Shown piece after piece: positions 1 to 13,609 of a stretch of 64,000 bases of DNA. The notes under the pieces are model-generated. The model was given only the letters and a program-made list of their open reading frames with translations. It did no database searches and had not been told where the DNA came from. The position numbers and the translations under genes are program-made. Source of the DNA: TPA_inf: Saccharomyces (taxonomy: Eukaryota); the NCBI GenBank assembly GCA_000146045.2, contig BK006938.2, positions 1,216,001 to 1,280,000 on the forward strand, written 5' to 3'. The stretch's first letter is position 1. Each line of letters opens with the position of its first letter.

Positions 1-1601
<1,601 letters not shown>

Positions 1602-1781
1602 TCAGTATTGTTGCTCATCTATTACAAAATTCTGCTTATTTGGTTTACGCATTGCTTTTCATAGAAAAAAAGGGCTCCCCATATAAATTTAAGAAAAGTA
1701 CTAATATTTAGCGTAGTTAACAACTTTACGAAAATGAAAATGAAATATTTCTCGGAAAAGTATTATATATTATACACGTCT

Positions 1782-3110
1782 CTACATTCCAAATAATTCT
1801 ACGTTTCTTGGAGTAGTCTTAAGTTTAGTGATGACGATGGCGTTGTTAGTATCTATACCGATTTCAAATGATTCTGGTTTTGTACTGCTATAGTCAGAGA
1901 TATTTGCCTCCACCAGCTTACAAATTGCTTCAATACAATAATGACACCATTCTACCGCAATTTGGGCATTATAGTTAAGTTCCTTTTTATTTGTAGGTAG
2001 ACCTGGGTGATTGAATTTCTTACATAATAAGTCCCTTGAGTACCATTGAATGTCTAGTAATTGACCGCTATGACTGTCCCTCAAACCTATCATGATATCT
2101 GAGTTCGGTAATAAACCCGTCTGTACCCACGTTTTCAGAAGTTTTCTCCTATGATTGGAATTGTGCATTGATAATGGGGCAAAACACTTTAGTTCTGTGT
2201 TTGTCTCCGAAACAGGATTGAATGCATCCATTTCGCAGCGAATTAAAAGACCAATTTCTTCTGAAAGTTTACTCTCTACAAGAGAAAAAATAGGACATTT
2301 AGAGCCAGTTAAATCAGCGACTTTGGAATTTTCGGTTACCCAATTTTCAAATTCAAATCCTGAATAGCAAATTTTCTTCATATTTGGATCATTTGAATAA
2401 ATGCCCTCTTTGGACATTTGAGAATCTTTTTTTACATTTCTGCAAAATGAAAGAAGGCCCGCCCCCATATAAGTTACAATTAGTGACGTTTGTCTATTTC
2501 GCCTGTTAAAGAGATGCATAGTCAAATCTACGATATGATGTCTTGTGGTTACAACAGTAAATTTCTTGCCGATCTTAAAATCCTTACCAGGATTATCTAG
2601 TATCCAGTTCTCAATGTATGAAAAACACGGTGATACACTATCTAATTCGGATATTGTCATGGGAACGAACTCATCAATATTAGCAAATAAGTCATGGCCT
2701 AAATACGGGACTTTCCGCTTTTTTGCCTCAAGAAGCGAGCTTTCATACAATTCAGCAATACTTTCTTTCAAATTTGGTATAAGGTCTTTGCGTAGGATTG
2801 TATAAGCCCGGCCATTGGTAAACAGAGCTACTTCTTTACTTTCATGAAATATATCTCTTGGTGGTTTCGTCAAAAAATTGTGCATACCAGTATGCAGAAA
2901 AGACGTATATGGGATACATATAAGTTTCGGACGTCTCTTTCTATAATTGTCTCTCTGTTGTGAAGGCTTCCTTGACGAAGATGAATCAGAAGTAGTTTTC
3001 TCTTTGCATAATTTACTTTGGTGTCCTCTCTCGAGATTGGGCACAGTAAGCAAATTTATACCTTCTAAATCTTTGGCCAATCCAAGAACAGCATCTTGTT
3101 CAGTTGACAT
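1782..3110 (-). CDS. DXO1: DXO1 (YDR370C) decapping exonuclease, Rai1/Dom3Z family, 442 aa
   Basis: 442-aa ORF with cat at 3108..3110; position and length match YDR370C between XRS2 and CTS2. Confidence 0.85.
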   Translation of the reverse strand: MSTEQDAVLGLAKDLEGINLLTVPNLERGHQSKLCKEKTTSDSSSSRKPSQQRDNYRKRRPKLICIPYTSFLHTGMHNFLTKPPRDIFHESKEVALFTNGRAYTILRKDLIPNLKESIAELYESSLLEAKKRKVPYLGHDLFANIDEFVPMTISELDSVSPCFSYIENWILDNPGKDFKIGKKFTVVTTRHHIVDLTMHLFNRRNRQTSLIVTYMGAGLLSFCRNVKKDSQMSKEGIYSNDPNMKKICYSGFEFENWVTENSKVADLTGSKCPIFSLVESKLSEEIGLLIRCEMDAFNPVSETNTELKCFAPLSMHNSNHRRKLLKTWVQTGLLPNSDIMIGLRDSHSGQLLDIQWYSRDLLCKKFNHPGLPTNKKELNYNAQIAVEWCHYCIEAICKLVEANISDYSSTKPESFEIGIDTNNAIVITKLKTTPRNVELFGM

Positions 3111-3412
3111 AACTGAGTTTGGCTAGAAAGAAAACTTTGACATAAAATCATCGATACCTACAACTGGCGCTGTAATGCAACAATGCCATTATAAAAGTAA
3201 AACATGCTGCGAAAATTGCGGAAAAACTGGAAAAATCAATAGTGGGGTAATCCCAGTTAGTTTGACACAATAATTTGGTGATTTTGGTGGAATAATCATT
3301 ATTTGTGAGGATACACCAACGAAAAGAACCTTTTGTGGTAGTATGGTCCAACAATTGTATTTGCAGGTTGGTACTAACAACCTCTATAAGTAGACGATAC
3401 AAGAGTGATCAT

Positions 3413-4948
3413 ATGGTAGGACACTCAGCTCAGCACAGATCAAAAAGCAGCTTAGTGTCTCACCTACTAATACTACTTATCTTTATAACGATTATTATTG
3501 AAATGTGTTTATATAATAAAATTTTTAAGAACCAAAGGTCGGATGATATTAGAGACAACTTTAACAATGGCGGACATCGAGTTCCCAGTAATGTCCAAAA
3601 TCATGGAACCCATATAAGAGACGAAGCCTTTATATCAGGGGTCTATTATTCCAATTGGTCCCCATACAAACCGAGGTTTCATTTCCCTCACGACATAAAC
3701 TTGAAGCAAGTGTCTCACATTTACTATGCATTTTTCAAAATAAACTCTAGAACTGGTGGTATAGAAAACACGGATAGTTGGTCTGATCTAGAAATGAATT
3801 TGTATAAATCGCTGGCAATTAAAAATTCAGAACTAATTAAAGAAAGCTCGAACAATAGTGTCCAAAACATCCTACCCTTAGGTTGCATTGGTGAACTATT
3901 TTATTTGAAGAATACCTGTTCTGATAAGAAATTTAAAGTTATCATGTCAATTGGGGGCTGGTCTGATAGTGAAAATTTCAAAATCATAATTAAAGATGAT
4001 AAACTCTTACAAAATTTTGTTGATTCGTCGGTGGAAACAATGTTCAGATTAGGATTTGATGGCATTGATCTAGACTGGGAGTTCCCTGGTAACAATGAAT
4101 CAGAACCTCGCGGATATCTGAAACTGGTCAGAATGCTGCGATTAAAACTAAACAGCCTCGAATCCCAAATATTTGGGAAACGTACTGAAGATCATTTTCA
4201 ATTATCTATTGCGGCACCTGCATTCAAGGATAAATTATTTTACTTGCCAATCACAGAAATTGATCAATATGTTGACTACTGGAATATGATGACGTACGAT
4301 TATTATGGCTCGTGGTCAGAAACAACAGGATATCACAGCAATCTATTCAGTGAGACGGAATTGAATGGAAACTTTGCCATGCATTATATGATCGATAGAT
4401 TTGGCGTCAATTCTAGAAAATTAGTACTGGGAATGGCCGCCTACGGAAGAAGTTTCCATATCAAAGATAACAAATTCGAACCATTCAATCAAAATACTGT
4501 ATTAATTAACAAAATTTTCAAAGGAGTGGGCAAGCCCACTAAAGAAATAGATAAAGCTGATGGCAAGGAGGGCATCTGGCCTTACAAAAATTTACCAAAG
4601 ATTGGTACAATAGAACAATACGATCCAAAATATGTTTCAGCATATTGCTTTGATGAAAAAAATTCAATATTTATCAGTTATGATAACACTAAATCAGTCA
4701 AAACTAAGGCTGAATATGTGACACATAACAATTTAGGCGGAGGCTTTTGGTGGGAGTCATGTGGTGAAGCTTATGCAAATGAGTCAAGGTCGTTGATAAA
4801 CGCATTTAATGAAGGCTTGCACTTTAATGTGTCATCAAAACCATCAATATTTCAAGATGTGAGAGTTAAAAAATATTACTTGAATAAATATGGCGATGGC
4901 GGATTTTTATCTCCATATTTAAAGCATTTGGATTCAAGAAAGCAATGA
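3413..4948 (+). CDS. CTS2: CTS2 (YDR371W) sporulation chitinase, GH18 family, 511 aa
   Basis: Carries the GH18 motif DGIDLDWEFP. The ORF-track start at 3305 is a GTG; the first in-frame ATG at 3413 (MVGHSAQ...) gives 511 aa. Confidence 0.8.
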   Translation: MVGHSAQHRSKSSLVSHLLILLIFITIIIEMCLYNKIFKNQRSDDIRDNFNNGGHRVPSNVQNHGTHIRDEAFISGVYYSNWSPYKPRFHFPHDINLKQVSHIYYAFFKINSRTGGIENTDSWSDLEMNLYKSLAIKNSELIKESSNNSVQNILPLGCIGELFYLKNTCSDKKFKVIMSIGGWSDSENFKIIIKDDKLLQNFVDSSVETMFRLGFDGIDLDWEFPGNNESEPRGYLKLVRMLRLKLNSLESQIFGKRTEDHFQLSIAAPAFKDKLFYLPITEIDQYVDYWNMMTYDYYGSWSETTGYHSNLFSETELNGNFAMHYMIDRFGVNSRKLVLGMAAYGRSFHIKDNKFEPFNQNTVLINKIFKGVGKPTKEIDKADGKEGIWPYKNLPKIGTIEQYDPKYVSAYCFDEKNSIFISYDNTKSVKTKAEYVTHNNLGGGFWWESCGEAYANESRSLINAFNEGLHFNVSSKPSIFQDVRVKKYYLNKYGDGGFLSPYLKHLDSRKQ

Positions 4949-5111
4949 ATACGAATGTGGGCGTATATAATAACAAAAAGTTTGGTCTATTTATTATCCA
5001 CTCCGTATATGTATATACATATATACAAATTTCGTTTATTAATGTTAGAGGCTTATAAAAAAAAGCTTGACTTTTCCTTATGTTTCAAAGAGAGGATTTT
5101 TGTTGTTATTT

Positions 5112-6149
5112 TCATAATAGCATATCCATTCTTGAAAAGACTTCAAATACACCAGCAATAACTTCCAATTGTAAATCATGACCAGGATTGTTTTCTATCT
5201 CTTCTTTAACTTCCTTGTTTAAATTAACGGAGACACCTAACTCAGTTTCCTTTTCTAAATCAAATGGGTATTGCGAAAATTGTGCCATTATTTCTTCAGC
5301 TCTACTAATTGCCTTATCTCTCTTCTCATATTCCAACGTAGTCAGGACATTCTCCAATACGTTTGCCCCATATGATCCACATATTAAAGCTAAAGTTCTA
5401 ATGATTTTGAAAGATGTTGTCTCCGGAAAATATTCATTGTAACTTAATTCCATGTTCCTCGATACGAGTACAGAAAGTACTCTGCGCTTAATGGCTTCTT
5501 TGCAGCTGGCGTCTGCAATGGGGTGTGTCGCCATGTCAAACAAAAAGAAATTTTTCATTTCTGTTCTCAATACACCTTTATCGACCAAACCTTTTGCCAA
5601 TCTTTCCCTTACTTGTTTCAATTGATAGTTGATCTTTAAAAGGTTCCATGTTTCACCACTTAAAAGATCAATCCAGTTAGAAATTGACAAAGGTTCGTCG
5701 TTTTTCATCAATTGCAAAGTTTCATCCAGTAAAACTTCCCCAGTTTTGGAACTGTCAATAACTTCAATCAACCTTTCGGAAAGATCGAACCTTTTCCTGG
5801 CGGAATCATCTAAGATTCTGATTTTACCTCTTAACGCTAATTCTATAATTATACAACCACGCAAAGCATATGAAATACTATCATTCCAAAACGACAAATA
5901 TCCTTCTCTATCTCTTAAGCCCATCAATAAGACTTCTTCCATCAACGTTAACGTAGGGATATTGATGTTGTCTCTCAATTTCGATTCTTCTGGGTCATAT
6001 GCAATCTTTTTGTTTGTTCCATTGTCATCATCCCCGTCAACAGCAATATTTGCGATTTTGTCTCCTTTGGTATTGTTAGCAGAAGAATGAATGGAGGAAG
6101 TATCTCCAGAATCCGCCCTATTGACTCTACGACGTTGTAAAGTAGACAT
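5112..6149 (-). CDS. VPS74: VPS74 (YDR372C) Golgi PI4P-binding protein (GOLPH3 family), 345 aa
   Basis: 345-aa ORF with cat at 6147..6149; protein recognised. Confidence 0.9.
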
Positions 6150-6758
6150 GATTTTTGCTTTGTATTTTTTTAGATAGTTTTTGTTTGAATTCTTTTACGT
6201 TATCAGATCAAAAGTTGTAATGAAAATATAGCCAACAATGAAACTGCTAATTTAGCTCTATTTGTTAGCGTGGAAATTTGAAATTTATTTTTAATCTATA
6301 AATGCAGCAGCCCAAACCGAAACAAAAGAATAAGTGAGTTGAACAGAGTAAGCAACGGGCCGATATAGAACTGAAAAAGTCAACGTACCCAGAAAGCAAT
6401 TAACTGCGACACAAATAGATGTCAATGTCCAAAAAGGATAGATAAACAAGATTACGATCCAAGGCAGGGATCTAATTGTTTTTAGGTAAATGCGTACCCA
6501 TTAGCCTCTTTTTTTCAGTAGTAGTTGACTGCTCAGGAAGTAAAAAAATGAGCCAGAATTGATCATTAAAAACGAAAAAAGGGTAACTCTTCGGTGTATT
6601 TTTTATTATTATACCATAGAGTACTGAAATAATGTTTAATTTGTCAACGATTGAACTGATGAACTAGGGATATTACCTCCTGTTTTATAATTGTTGCTAG
6701 TTTAAGAATCGGCGAGAGTTATTTTGTGCTTGAAAACTGTTTTTGATTCAAAAAAAAA

Positions 6759-7331
6759 ATGGGAGCCAAGACGTCAAAGCTTTCCAAAGATGACCTGACA
6801 TGTTTGAAACAATCCACCTATTTTGATAGAAGAGAAATCCAGCAATGGCATAAAGGATTTTTGAGGGATTGCCCTAGTGGCCAACTAGCTAGGGAAGATT
6901 TTGTTAAGATATACAAACAGTTTTTTCCATTTGGTTCTCCTGAAGATTTTGCTAATCACCTTTTTACAGTTTTTGATAAAGACAACAATGGATTCATACA
7001 TTTTGAAGAGTTTATCACAGTTTTGAGTACAACGTCCAGAGGAACTTTGGAGGAAAAACTGAGCTGGGCTTTCGAACTTTATGATTTGAACCATGATGGA
7101 TATATTACATTTGATGAAATGCTAACCATTGTGGCGAGTGTTTATAAAATGATGGGGTCTATGGTTACACTTAATGAGGATGAGGCAACGCCCGAAATGA
7201 GGGTAAAGAAGATCTTCAAGTTGATGGATAAGAACGAAGATGGTTACATTACGCTGGACGAATTCAGAGAAGGTTCTAAAGTCGATCCCTCTATTATTGG
7301 TGCCTTAAACCTTTACGATGGCTTAATATGA
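6759..7331 (+). CDS. FRQ1: FRQ1 (YDR373W) frequenin/NCS-1 calcium sensor, 190 aa
   Basis: Starts MGAKTSK (an N-myristoylation signal) and has EF-hand loops [16 protein letters not shown] and DKNEDGYI; exact recall of Frq1. Confidence 0.95.
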
Positions 7332-7473
7332 AAACTTTGTTTTTGCTTCTTATGGATTGGATGTTATAACAGTAGAAGTAATTTTAGGATAATTTTAAAT
7401 AAAAATAATATTAAAAATAATAATAATACTAATAATAAATGAGAATAAAATGTTGATAAATGAGGGATAAGGT

Positions 7474-8394
7474 CTATTCATACGTCTCATCCAAGAAGGA
7501 GAAAATATCAGAATCTTGAGTTTTAAATAGATTAATTATTGAAATTCCAATCGAATATGGAATTTCTTGAGTATCTCTGGAATGTGTTATCGGTTTCATT
7601 TCATTGGATGGTATCAAAAACCTTTTTAACGATCTGTTATTTATATCACGCACGATCACCCATCTTACTTTAAAGGCTTTGCCATATTTTTGTTCATCTT
7701 CCCATATACTGGTGTCCAAATCCATTTTCAAATCCGATACCATTTCTGCAACGCCACAGAATCTTCCTGATGTGTTGATTGAAAAAAATAAAAACACTTT
7801 GGCTCCCGAATTAAGCTTTTTATATGCCTCAGATAGCCTTTTGTTGCCGAAATGAGTAGACGACCAAATTCCGTTGTAAAACGACCTTTTGACATGCTTC
7901 AAAGACGAGGACTTTATTACAAAAAATCTTGAGTTTTCTGGAATATTTAACCAAGGGGGAATAATTGCAGCACTTTTTCTTTTATTAATTTCATTGAAAG
8001 TTTGTTCTTTAGTTGACTGCTGCAAATACCTTGGTTTGGATAAATATTCCCTGTAATAATTATTATTGCTATTATCAGATTGGTTGTAGTCTCTAGAAAA
8101 GGAGAAATGCCGATTTAAATTTGAGCTTGTCAATGGAATACTATTAATCTGGTGTGTATAGTTTTCATGAGTGATCTCTTCTTTATTTTCTTTCTTGTTA
8201 ATATCATTTAAAGCTGTGACATCGTTCTTTAGCTTTGGGTTTGTTTGTACTTCAATATGAGTTCTCTCCAAGGAATGGATCAACCCATCTAGTTCTCTTA
8301 AAGAGTCTTCAATTGTCCTGTCATTTCTCTTATTTTCTTTCCATTCAGAGTTGAAGTAAAAATTTGGGGGACCTGTAGACCAGATTTGATTCAT
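7474..8394 (-). CDS. PHO92: PHO92 (YDR374C) YTH-domain m6A-binding protein, 306 aa
   Basis: YTH domain in the C-terminal half. The ORF-track start is a non-ATG codon 6 codons upstream; the first ATG (MNQIWSTGPP) is at complement(8392..8394). Confidence 0.8.
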   Translation of the reverse strand: MNQIWSTGPPNFYFNSEWKENKRNDRTIEDSLRELDGLIHSLERTHIEVQTNPKLKNDVTALNDINKKENKEEITHENYTHQINSIPLTSSNLNRHFSFSRDYNQSDNSNNNYYREYLSKPRYLQQSTKEQTFNEINKRKSAAIIPPWLNIPENSRFFVIKSSSLKHVKRSFYNGIWSSTHFGNKRLSEAYKKLNSGAKVFLFFSINTSGRFCGVAEMVSDLKMDLDTSIWEDEQKYGKAFKVRWVIVRDINNRSLKRFLIPSNEMKPITHSRDTQEIPYSIGISIINLFKTQDSDIFSFLDETYE

Positions 8395-8544
8395 TTTTAG
8401 AGCACAACGCAATACTTACGTCACACCAGCCGTAGACGATATCTTCCTTTCTTAACGAAATAGTAACAGAGGACACAATCTGAAAACTTCTTTTGCGATT
8501 CATAACCAACAGAAAATTTTGGAGGAAAACAATGTAGCTGTATA

Positions 8545-8563
8545 AATATATATATATATATAT
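8545..8563. repeat. (TA)n microsatellite in the PHO92/WIP1 divergent promoter region
   Basis: tatatatatatatatatat flanked by TA-rich sequence. Confidence 0.8.
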
Positions 8564-8756
8564 GTATGTATACTTATTTATTTATATATATATCACAAAA
8601 GGCTACCAAAAAGATTAGCCGCCGAGGTACATCGTGAGGAGTGATATTCTGGGGAAACGGGTAGCGATTTCGTGTCTATTTTCGGTCACCAAGTCAACGT
8701 TACTTACTGTCGTATAACCAAAGTACAACAATAGCAACAGTTCCTAACATTCTTCC

Positions 8757-9026
8757 ATGGATACGGAAGCATTGGCCAATTATTTGCTACGGCAGCTTAG
8801 TTTAGATGCGGAGGAGAATAAGCTAGAAGATCTTCTCCAACGGCAAAATGAAGATCAAGAGTCTAGTCAAGAATATAACAAGAAATTATTATTGGCATGT
8901 GGATTTCAGGCCATTTTAAGAAAAATTCTGCTGGATGCTAGAACAAGGGCAACTGCAGAAGGTTTGAGGGAAGTATATCCTTATCATATTGAAGCTGCAA
9001 CGCAGGCTTTTCTGGATAGTCAATGA
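8757..9026 (+). CDS. WIP1: WIP1 (YDR374W-A) CENP-W-like kinetochore protein, 89 aa
   Basis: 89-aa ORF with ATG at 8757; its length and position between PHO92 and BCS1 match YDR374W-A. Confidence 0.8.
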
Positions 9027-9165
9027 AGGGGTATTTTTAAGCCTCTTTATCATATACTCTTTTGTTCGTAATAGCAAATAACTCGGTCTTATTAACGAGA
9101 AAAAGTTAAAGCATCTTCTGAATTTTTATTATATACAAGTTATGTAGTAAGGCGCCACTTAGCAC

Positions 9166-10536
9166 CTAGAAAATATGATTAGCGTTCCGTAAGCTGGAGA
9201 CCATTTTCAACGCATCGTGTGGTGCATCTTTATTCATAACGAAAAGTCCTTGCAACTGGGCGGTACTTACGGTGATATCCAATTCTTTAACACTATTTAC
9301 AAACTTTTTGCATATATCAGTCTCACCTGGGTAAAATTTCATAAACATTTTTTCTACCTGGTATGGAGTTGCGTTACCAACGAAGACTTTGTAGTCAATA
9401 CGACCTGGTCTCATTATAGCCGCGTCTAGCTTTTCAGGATGATTGGTAGTCATGAATGTAATAGTTTCTTCAGAAGATGTGACGCCATCCAGGGCATTCA
9501 GTAAACCGCTAAATGTTACGCTAGAATGAAAACCTTGTTCACCAGTTTGACTTCTTTTGTTGAACGCCGCGTCAATATCTTCCAGTAATAGTATGCTCCT
9601 TTCTGGCATGTTATTCATTAAGTGGTTTAATCTGTCATCTGTTAAATTATTTTCGGAGAGGTTTAAAATACAAATGTTGTAGTCTAATTCGCCCGCTAAA
9701 GCCTGGATAAAGCTAGTCTTACCAGATCCGGGAGGGCCATAGAGTAAATATCCCCTGCGATATGGGATACCCCTGTCAGAGTACCATTTGCCGTTCTTCA
9801 TAAAATCATAAACGTCATCGAGAATACCCTCTTTGATGCCACTGTCCAAAATGACGGAGGGCAGCATCCTTTTAGCTTTTGGTTGACCAAACTTTCTCCA
9901 TTCAGGGCCGAAAGAAGTGTAAATAACAGTCTTGCCCTCAGTAGTCTTCAGGGCTATGTCTTTAGCCTCGTTCAAAATGTCATCGAACAAATGTTTGTCA
10001 CGGTACAGTGTAGTTAAGGTTACGGTCTCAAATGGTGACCCGTTTGCGATATCTATCATTTTTGCGGACCTTTCTCTTTTAATCAGGATAAAAGCACCCT
10101 TATAACGAATCCAATGATTTCCCGGACCCGGAACCAGCGAAAATTTTGTACTAACTGATCCATTGTCATGTTGTATGTAGTTTGTCCTAACGGATAAGTG
10201 TCTAGATACCCTTTGAGGATGTTTGGCCATCCATGTTAGAAACCAGGCGTATGATTTGTCCTTCGACTGAATCTCTAAGTCGACAATCATTTGTCGGTAT
10301 AGGACCCTGCTGGCTTTTATTATACCGGATCTAGCTACAGCTAAACCTGTACCAAGGATCATAAGACCACCGCCGGCGGCAAAATAGGGATTGTTTGACA
10401 TAGCATCGCCAACTAGTTTTGAAAGTTTTTCCCGGACTGAGTCATTACCAGTTTCATTTGTTGGCGGAGTAATTACACCACTCAGATTTGGAGTAGCCTG
10501 TTTATCATATTGTATGTCAATCGGCTTATCCGACAT
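9166..10536 (-). CDS. BCS1: BCS1 (YDR375C) mitochondrial AAA chaperone for Rieske Fe-S assembly, 456 aa
   Basis: Has Walker [10 protein letters not shown] and the AAA fold; the first ATG at complement(10534..10536) gives [12 protein letters not shown], the known Bcs1 N-terminus. Confidence 0.9.
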
Positions 10537-10821
10537 GGTAGATTGAGGGCACACTTCATTTTTTTTCAAATCGTCCCTTGGTACGTCTACTGCGTTGCAA
10601 ATATAGAAGAGTGGAAATCTTTACTTATACTATTTACATCGATTTTTCGGCACTCTTTAAGGGTAACTCAATCGAGATATAATTCGAAGAGCAGTAAACT
10701 ATAGCTCGAACGTAACAGAAAGTTTTTTGCTTGCTATAGTTCTTGGCCACAACGCCTCATTCATTCATTTAGAAAGTTTCTCACTCTTTCTTCTTCCTTT
10801 TTTAGCTCATTACTTGTGAAA

Positions 10822-12303
10822 ATGAGCTTTGTTCAAATAAGGCACATTTCTTCACAAATAAACCGTAAGACTGTATCCATTGTTGGATCGGGGCCTTCCG
10901 GCTTTTATACAGCGTACCATTTACTCAAGAAGTCACCGATTCCATTAAATGTTACTATATGGGAAAAGTTACCTGTTCCTTTTGGTTTAAGTAGATATGG
11001 TGTGGCACCTGATCATCCAGAAGTCAAAAATTGTGAAGAAACGTTTACCACATGTGCAGAAGAGTTTTCTTCCCCTACAAACCAAAAGCATAAATTTTCC
11101 TTTGTTGGTGGTATAACCATTGGAAAAGAAATATTGTTGAAGGAATTGCTGGATAATCAAGATGCTGTTATTTTAAGTTATGGTTGTACAGGGGACAGAA
11201 AGCTGAATATCCCTGGCGAACTCGGAACAAAAGGGGTGTTTAGCAGTAGAGAATTTGTCAATTGGTACAATGGTCATCCTGATTTCGCAAAGGATAAGCG
11301 ATTTACCGATTTTGACTGGAGCAAAGTTTCGAAAGTTGGTATTATAGGAAACGGTAACGTTGCTCTTGATATTACGCGTGTACTTATTTCTAATCAAATT
11401 GATGAAATATGGGAAAATACGGACATCTCATCTCTTGCACTAAATTTGCTAAGAAGGGCACCTGTAAAGGACGTTAAGCTAATTGCACGAAGGGATTTCG
11501 TTCATTCCAAATTCACCAACAAAGAATTAAGAGAACTATGGGAGTTAGAAAAGTATGGCATACGTGGCCGTATTGATCCTAAATTTTTCCAGAAAGAAAT
11601 GTTTGACCCATCTAAGTACGATCGTGCATTCAATAGACGAGTAGAGATGTGTAGTGAGTATCTCAAGCCATTTAATGAACGTTCGAAGAAAAACTATAAA
11701 AAGGCTCCTCCTCCAAGCAGCGGATATGACAAATTCTGGGAGTTAGATTATTTGAAGACTCCCTTGAAAATTAATAGAGACGATTTTGGTGCAATCAACT
11801 CTTTGAGTTTATGTAACAATCGATTAAATGAAGATAACAGTTTGCAACCCTTGAAGGACGTCAATAATATTATGACATATAAAGTGGATTTGCTGATTAC
11901 TTCATTGGGATATGCAGGCGTTCCCATGCCTGAATTCTCTAAGTTGTCTATTGGATTTGACAAAGATCATATAGCTAATAAACAGGGTCGTGTTTTAACT
12001 TCCAGCGGAGAAATATTCCCACATTTATATGCATCTGGTTGGATCCGTAAGGGCAGCCAGGGCGTTATTGCCTCGACAATGCAAGATGCTTTTGAAGTTG
12101 GAGACAGAGTAATACAAGACTTGGTGGTCAGCGGAGCGCTATCCTTAGAGAATTCTATCGACCTCTCTAATATCAAGCACACCACATGGAAGGATTGGGA
12201 AAGAATCAACAAGAAGGAATTGCTTCGGGGCAAAAAGGAACACAAAACTCGGTCAAAGTTTTTAACTTTTGAAGAGTTGTGGAACGGTGTAGAAGGCATA
12301 TAA
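10822..12303 (+). CDS. ARH1: ARH1 (YDR376W) mitochondrial adrenodoxin reductase homolog, 493 aa
   Basis: FAD-binding motif VSIVGSGPSGFY. The first ATG at 10822 gives MSFVQIRH; the ORF-track start at 10816 is GTG. Confidence 0.9.
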   Translation: MSFVQIRHISSQINRKTVSIVGSGPSGFYTAYHLLKKSPIPLNVTIWEKLPVPFGLSRYGVAPDHPEVKNCEETFTTCAEEFSSPTNQKHKFSFVGGITIGKEILLKELLDNQDAVILSYGCTGDRKLNIPGELGTKGVFSSREFVNWYNGHPDFAKDKRFTDFDWSKVSKVGIIGNGNVALDITRVLISNQIDEIWENTDISSLALNLLRRAPVKDVKLIARRDFVHSKFTNKELRELWELEKYGIRGRIDPKFFQKEMFDPSKYDRAFNRRVEMCSEYLKPFNERSKKNYKKAPPPSSGYDKFWELDYLKTPLKINRDDFGAINSLSLCNNRLNEDNSLQPLKDVNNIMTYKVDLLITSLGYAGVPMPEFSKLSIGFDKDHIANKQGRVLTSSGEIFPHLYASGWIRKGSQGVIASTMQDAFEVGDRVIQDLVVSGALSLENSIDLSNIKHTTWKDWERINKKELLRGKKEHKTRSKFLTFEELWNGVEGI

Positions 12304-12610
12304 AATAGATCGTTAATATATTTCTAACATCTTCTTGTAAATGTAAATATTTTAAAAGGGTTGATCTTATTACGGAGAGAACCAATCATATCGAAGGATT
12401 TCTCAATAGTAAGTATCCCGCGCGTGGTCCTCGGGGAAATAGAACGAGAAACTTCAAGTACTTGATAGCAAGAAAGTGAGTGCTTGGCTTCCCCATTTTG
12501 ATTATAAAGAAAGGCATTATTTTCTAGGGCAAGAAAAGACATTGTTGAAATTGTTCCAGAAACTTTCATTTAAAGTCTTTCGTGAAAGGAGTGGACGTCA
12601 AAAAGAAATA

Positions 12611-12916
12611 ATGATTTTTAAACGTGCAGTATCTACATTGATTCCTCCAAAAGTTGTGTCTTCCAAGAATATAGGTTCGGCACCAAATGCCAAGCGCATT
12701 GCTAATGTTGTTCACTTTTATAAGTCTTTGCCTCAAGGACCAGCACCAGCCATCAAGGCTAACACTAGATTGGCCAGATACAAAGCCAAGTACTTTGATG
12801 GGGATAATGCTAGTGGTAAACCATTGTGGCATTTTGCTCTAGGTATAATTGCCTTTGGCTATTCCATGGAATATTATTTTCATTTGAGACATCATAAAGG
12901 TGCGGAAGAGCATTGA
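12611..12916 (+). CDS. ATP17: ATP17 (YDR377W) F1Fo ATP synthase subunit f, 101 aa
   Basis: The ATG at 12611 gives MIFKRAVSTLIPPK...HHKGAEEH, 101 aa. The 45-codon upstream extension in the ORF track is a non-ATG artefact. Confidence 0.9.
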   Translation: MIFKRAVSTLIPPKVVSSKNIGSAPNAKRIANVVHFYKSLPQGPAPAIKANTRLARYKAKYFDGDNASGKPLWHFALGIIAFGYSMEYYFHLRHHKGAEEH

Positions 12917-13210
12917 ACGTGGAGTTTTACTTTTGTAGAAAATTCTTTATTTTAAGCCTTTTTAAACCAAACATGCAAAGAGAAGAAAAACTTTTTGGTA
13001 AATCCAAATAATTTTTGAGCGAAATTGAAAGGAGTACATAAGTGATAGAACAAAATTTCGTTGTTTTCATATGTCTATAAGGAAACTCCGTCACTTTCTG
13101 GCTCTATTCATTTTTTCTTTAGTAAAGCATAAAAATAATGAGACGGAGAGTAAACTTTACAATATATATTCATAAAAATTCATTAAAATAAAACTGTTCG
13201 ATCCTATTCG

Positions 13211-13267
13211 ATATACACACACACATATATATATATATGTATATAGATATGGGTGTGTTTGTGTGTA
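13211..13267. repeat. Compound microsatellite (CA)n-(AT)n-(GT)n in the ATP17/LSM6 convergent 3' region
   Basis: atatacacacacacatatatatatatatgtatatagatatgggtgtgtttgtgtgt. Confidence 0.8.
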
Positions 13268-13348
13268 TCCGTGCTAAACTCGCAAATGCAACTTTATGTC
13301 AAACCAACTTGCTCATTCCTACATATTAATCCATTAGAGGAGATAAGT

Positions 13349-13609
13349 CTATATTTTTTGTTCACTGATATACATGACCTGCGTGCCCCTCAAAAAGACA
13401 TCACTATTGAACTTATTTAGAAGCTTATTGTTATTACTCTCGTAGTGTTCAGTGGCACTCGATAGTGCAACATTCATAAAACCATCAATGGATTCCAATC
13501 TTCCGCTGTAGAGTAAACCCGAGGCAAGTTTGACGTTCACTGTCTTACCAATGATATCAGAGAGAAACTCCGTAGTAACGCTACCCTCTGTAGAAGCTTT
13601 TCCGGACAT
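13349..13609 (-). CDS. LSM6: LSM6 (YDR378C) Sm-like protein, 86 aa
   Basis: The ATG at complement(13607..13609) gives MSGKASTEGSVTTEFLSDIIGK...; Sm fold and length match Lsm6. Confidence 0.85.
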   Translation of the reverse strand: MSGKASTEGSVTTEFLSDIIGKTVNVKLASGLLYSGRLESIDGFMNVALSSATEHYESNNNKLLNKFNSDVFLRGTQVMYISEQKI

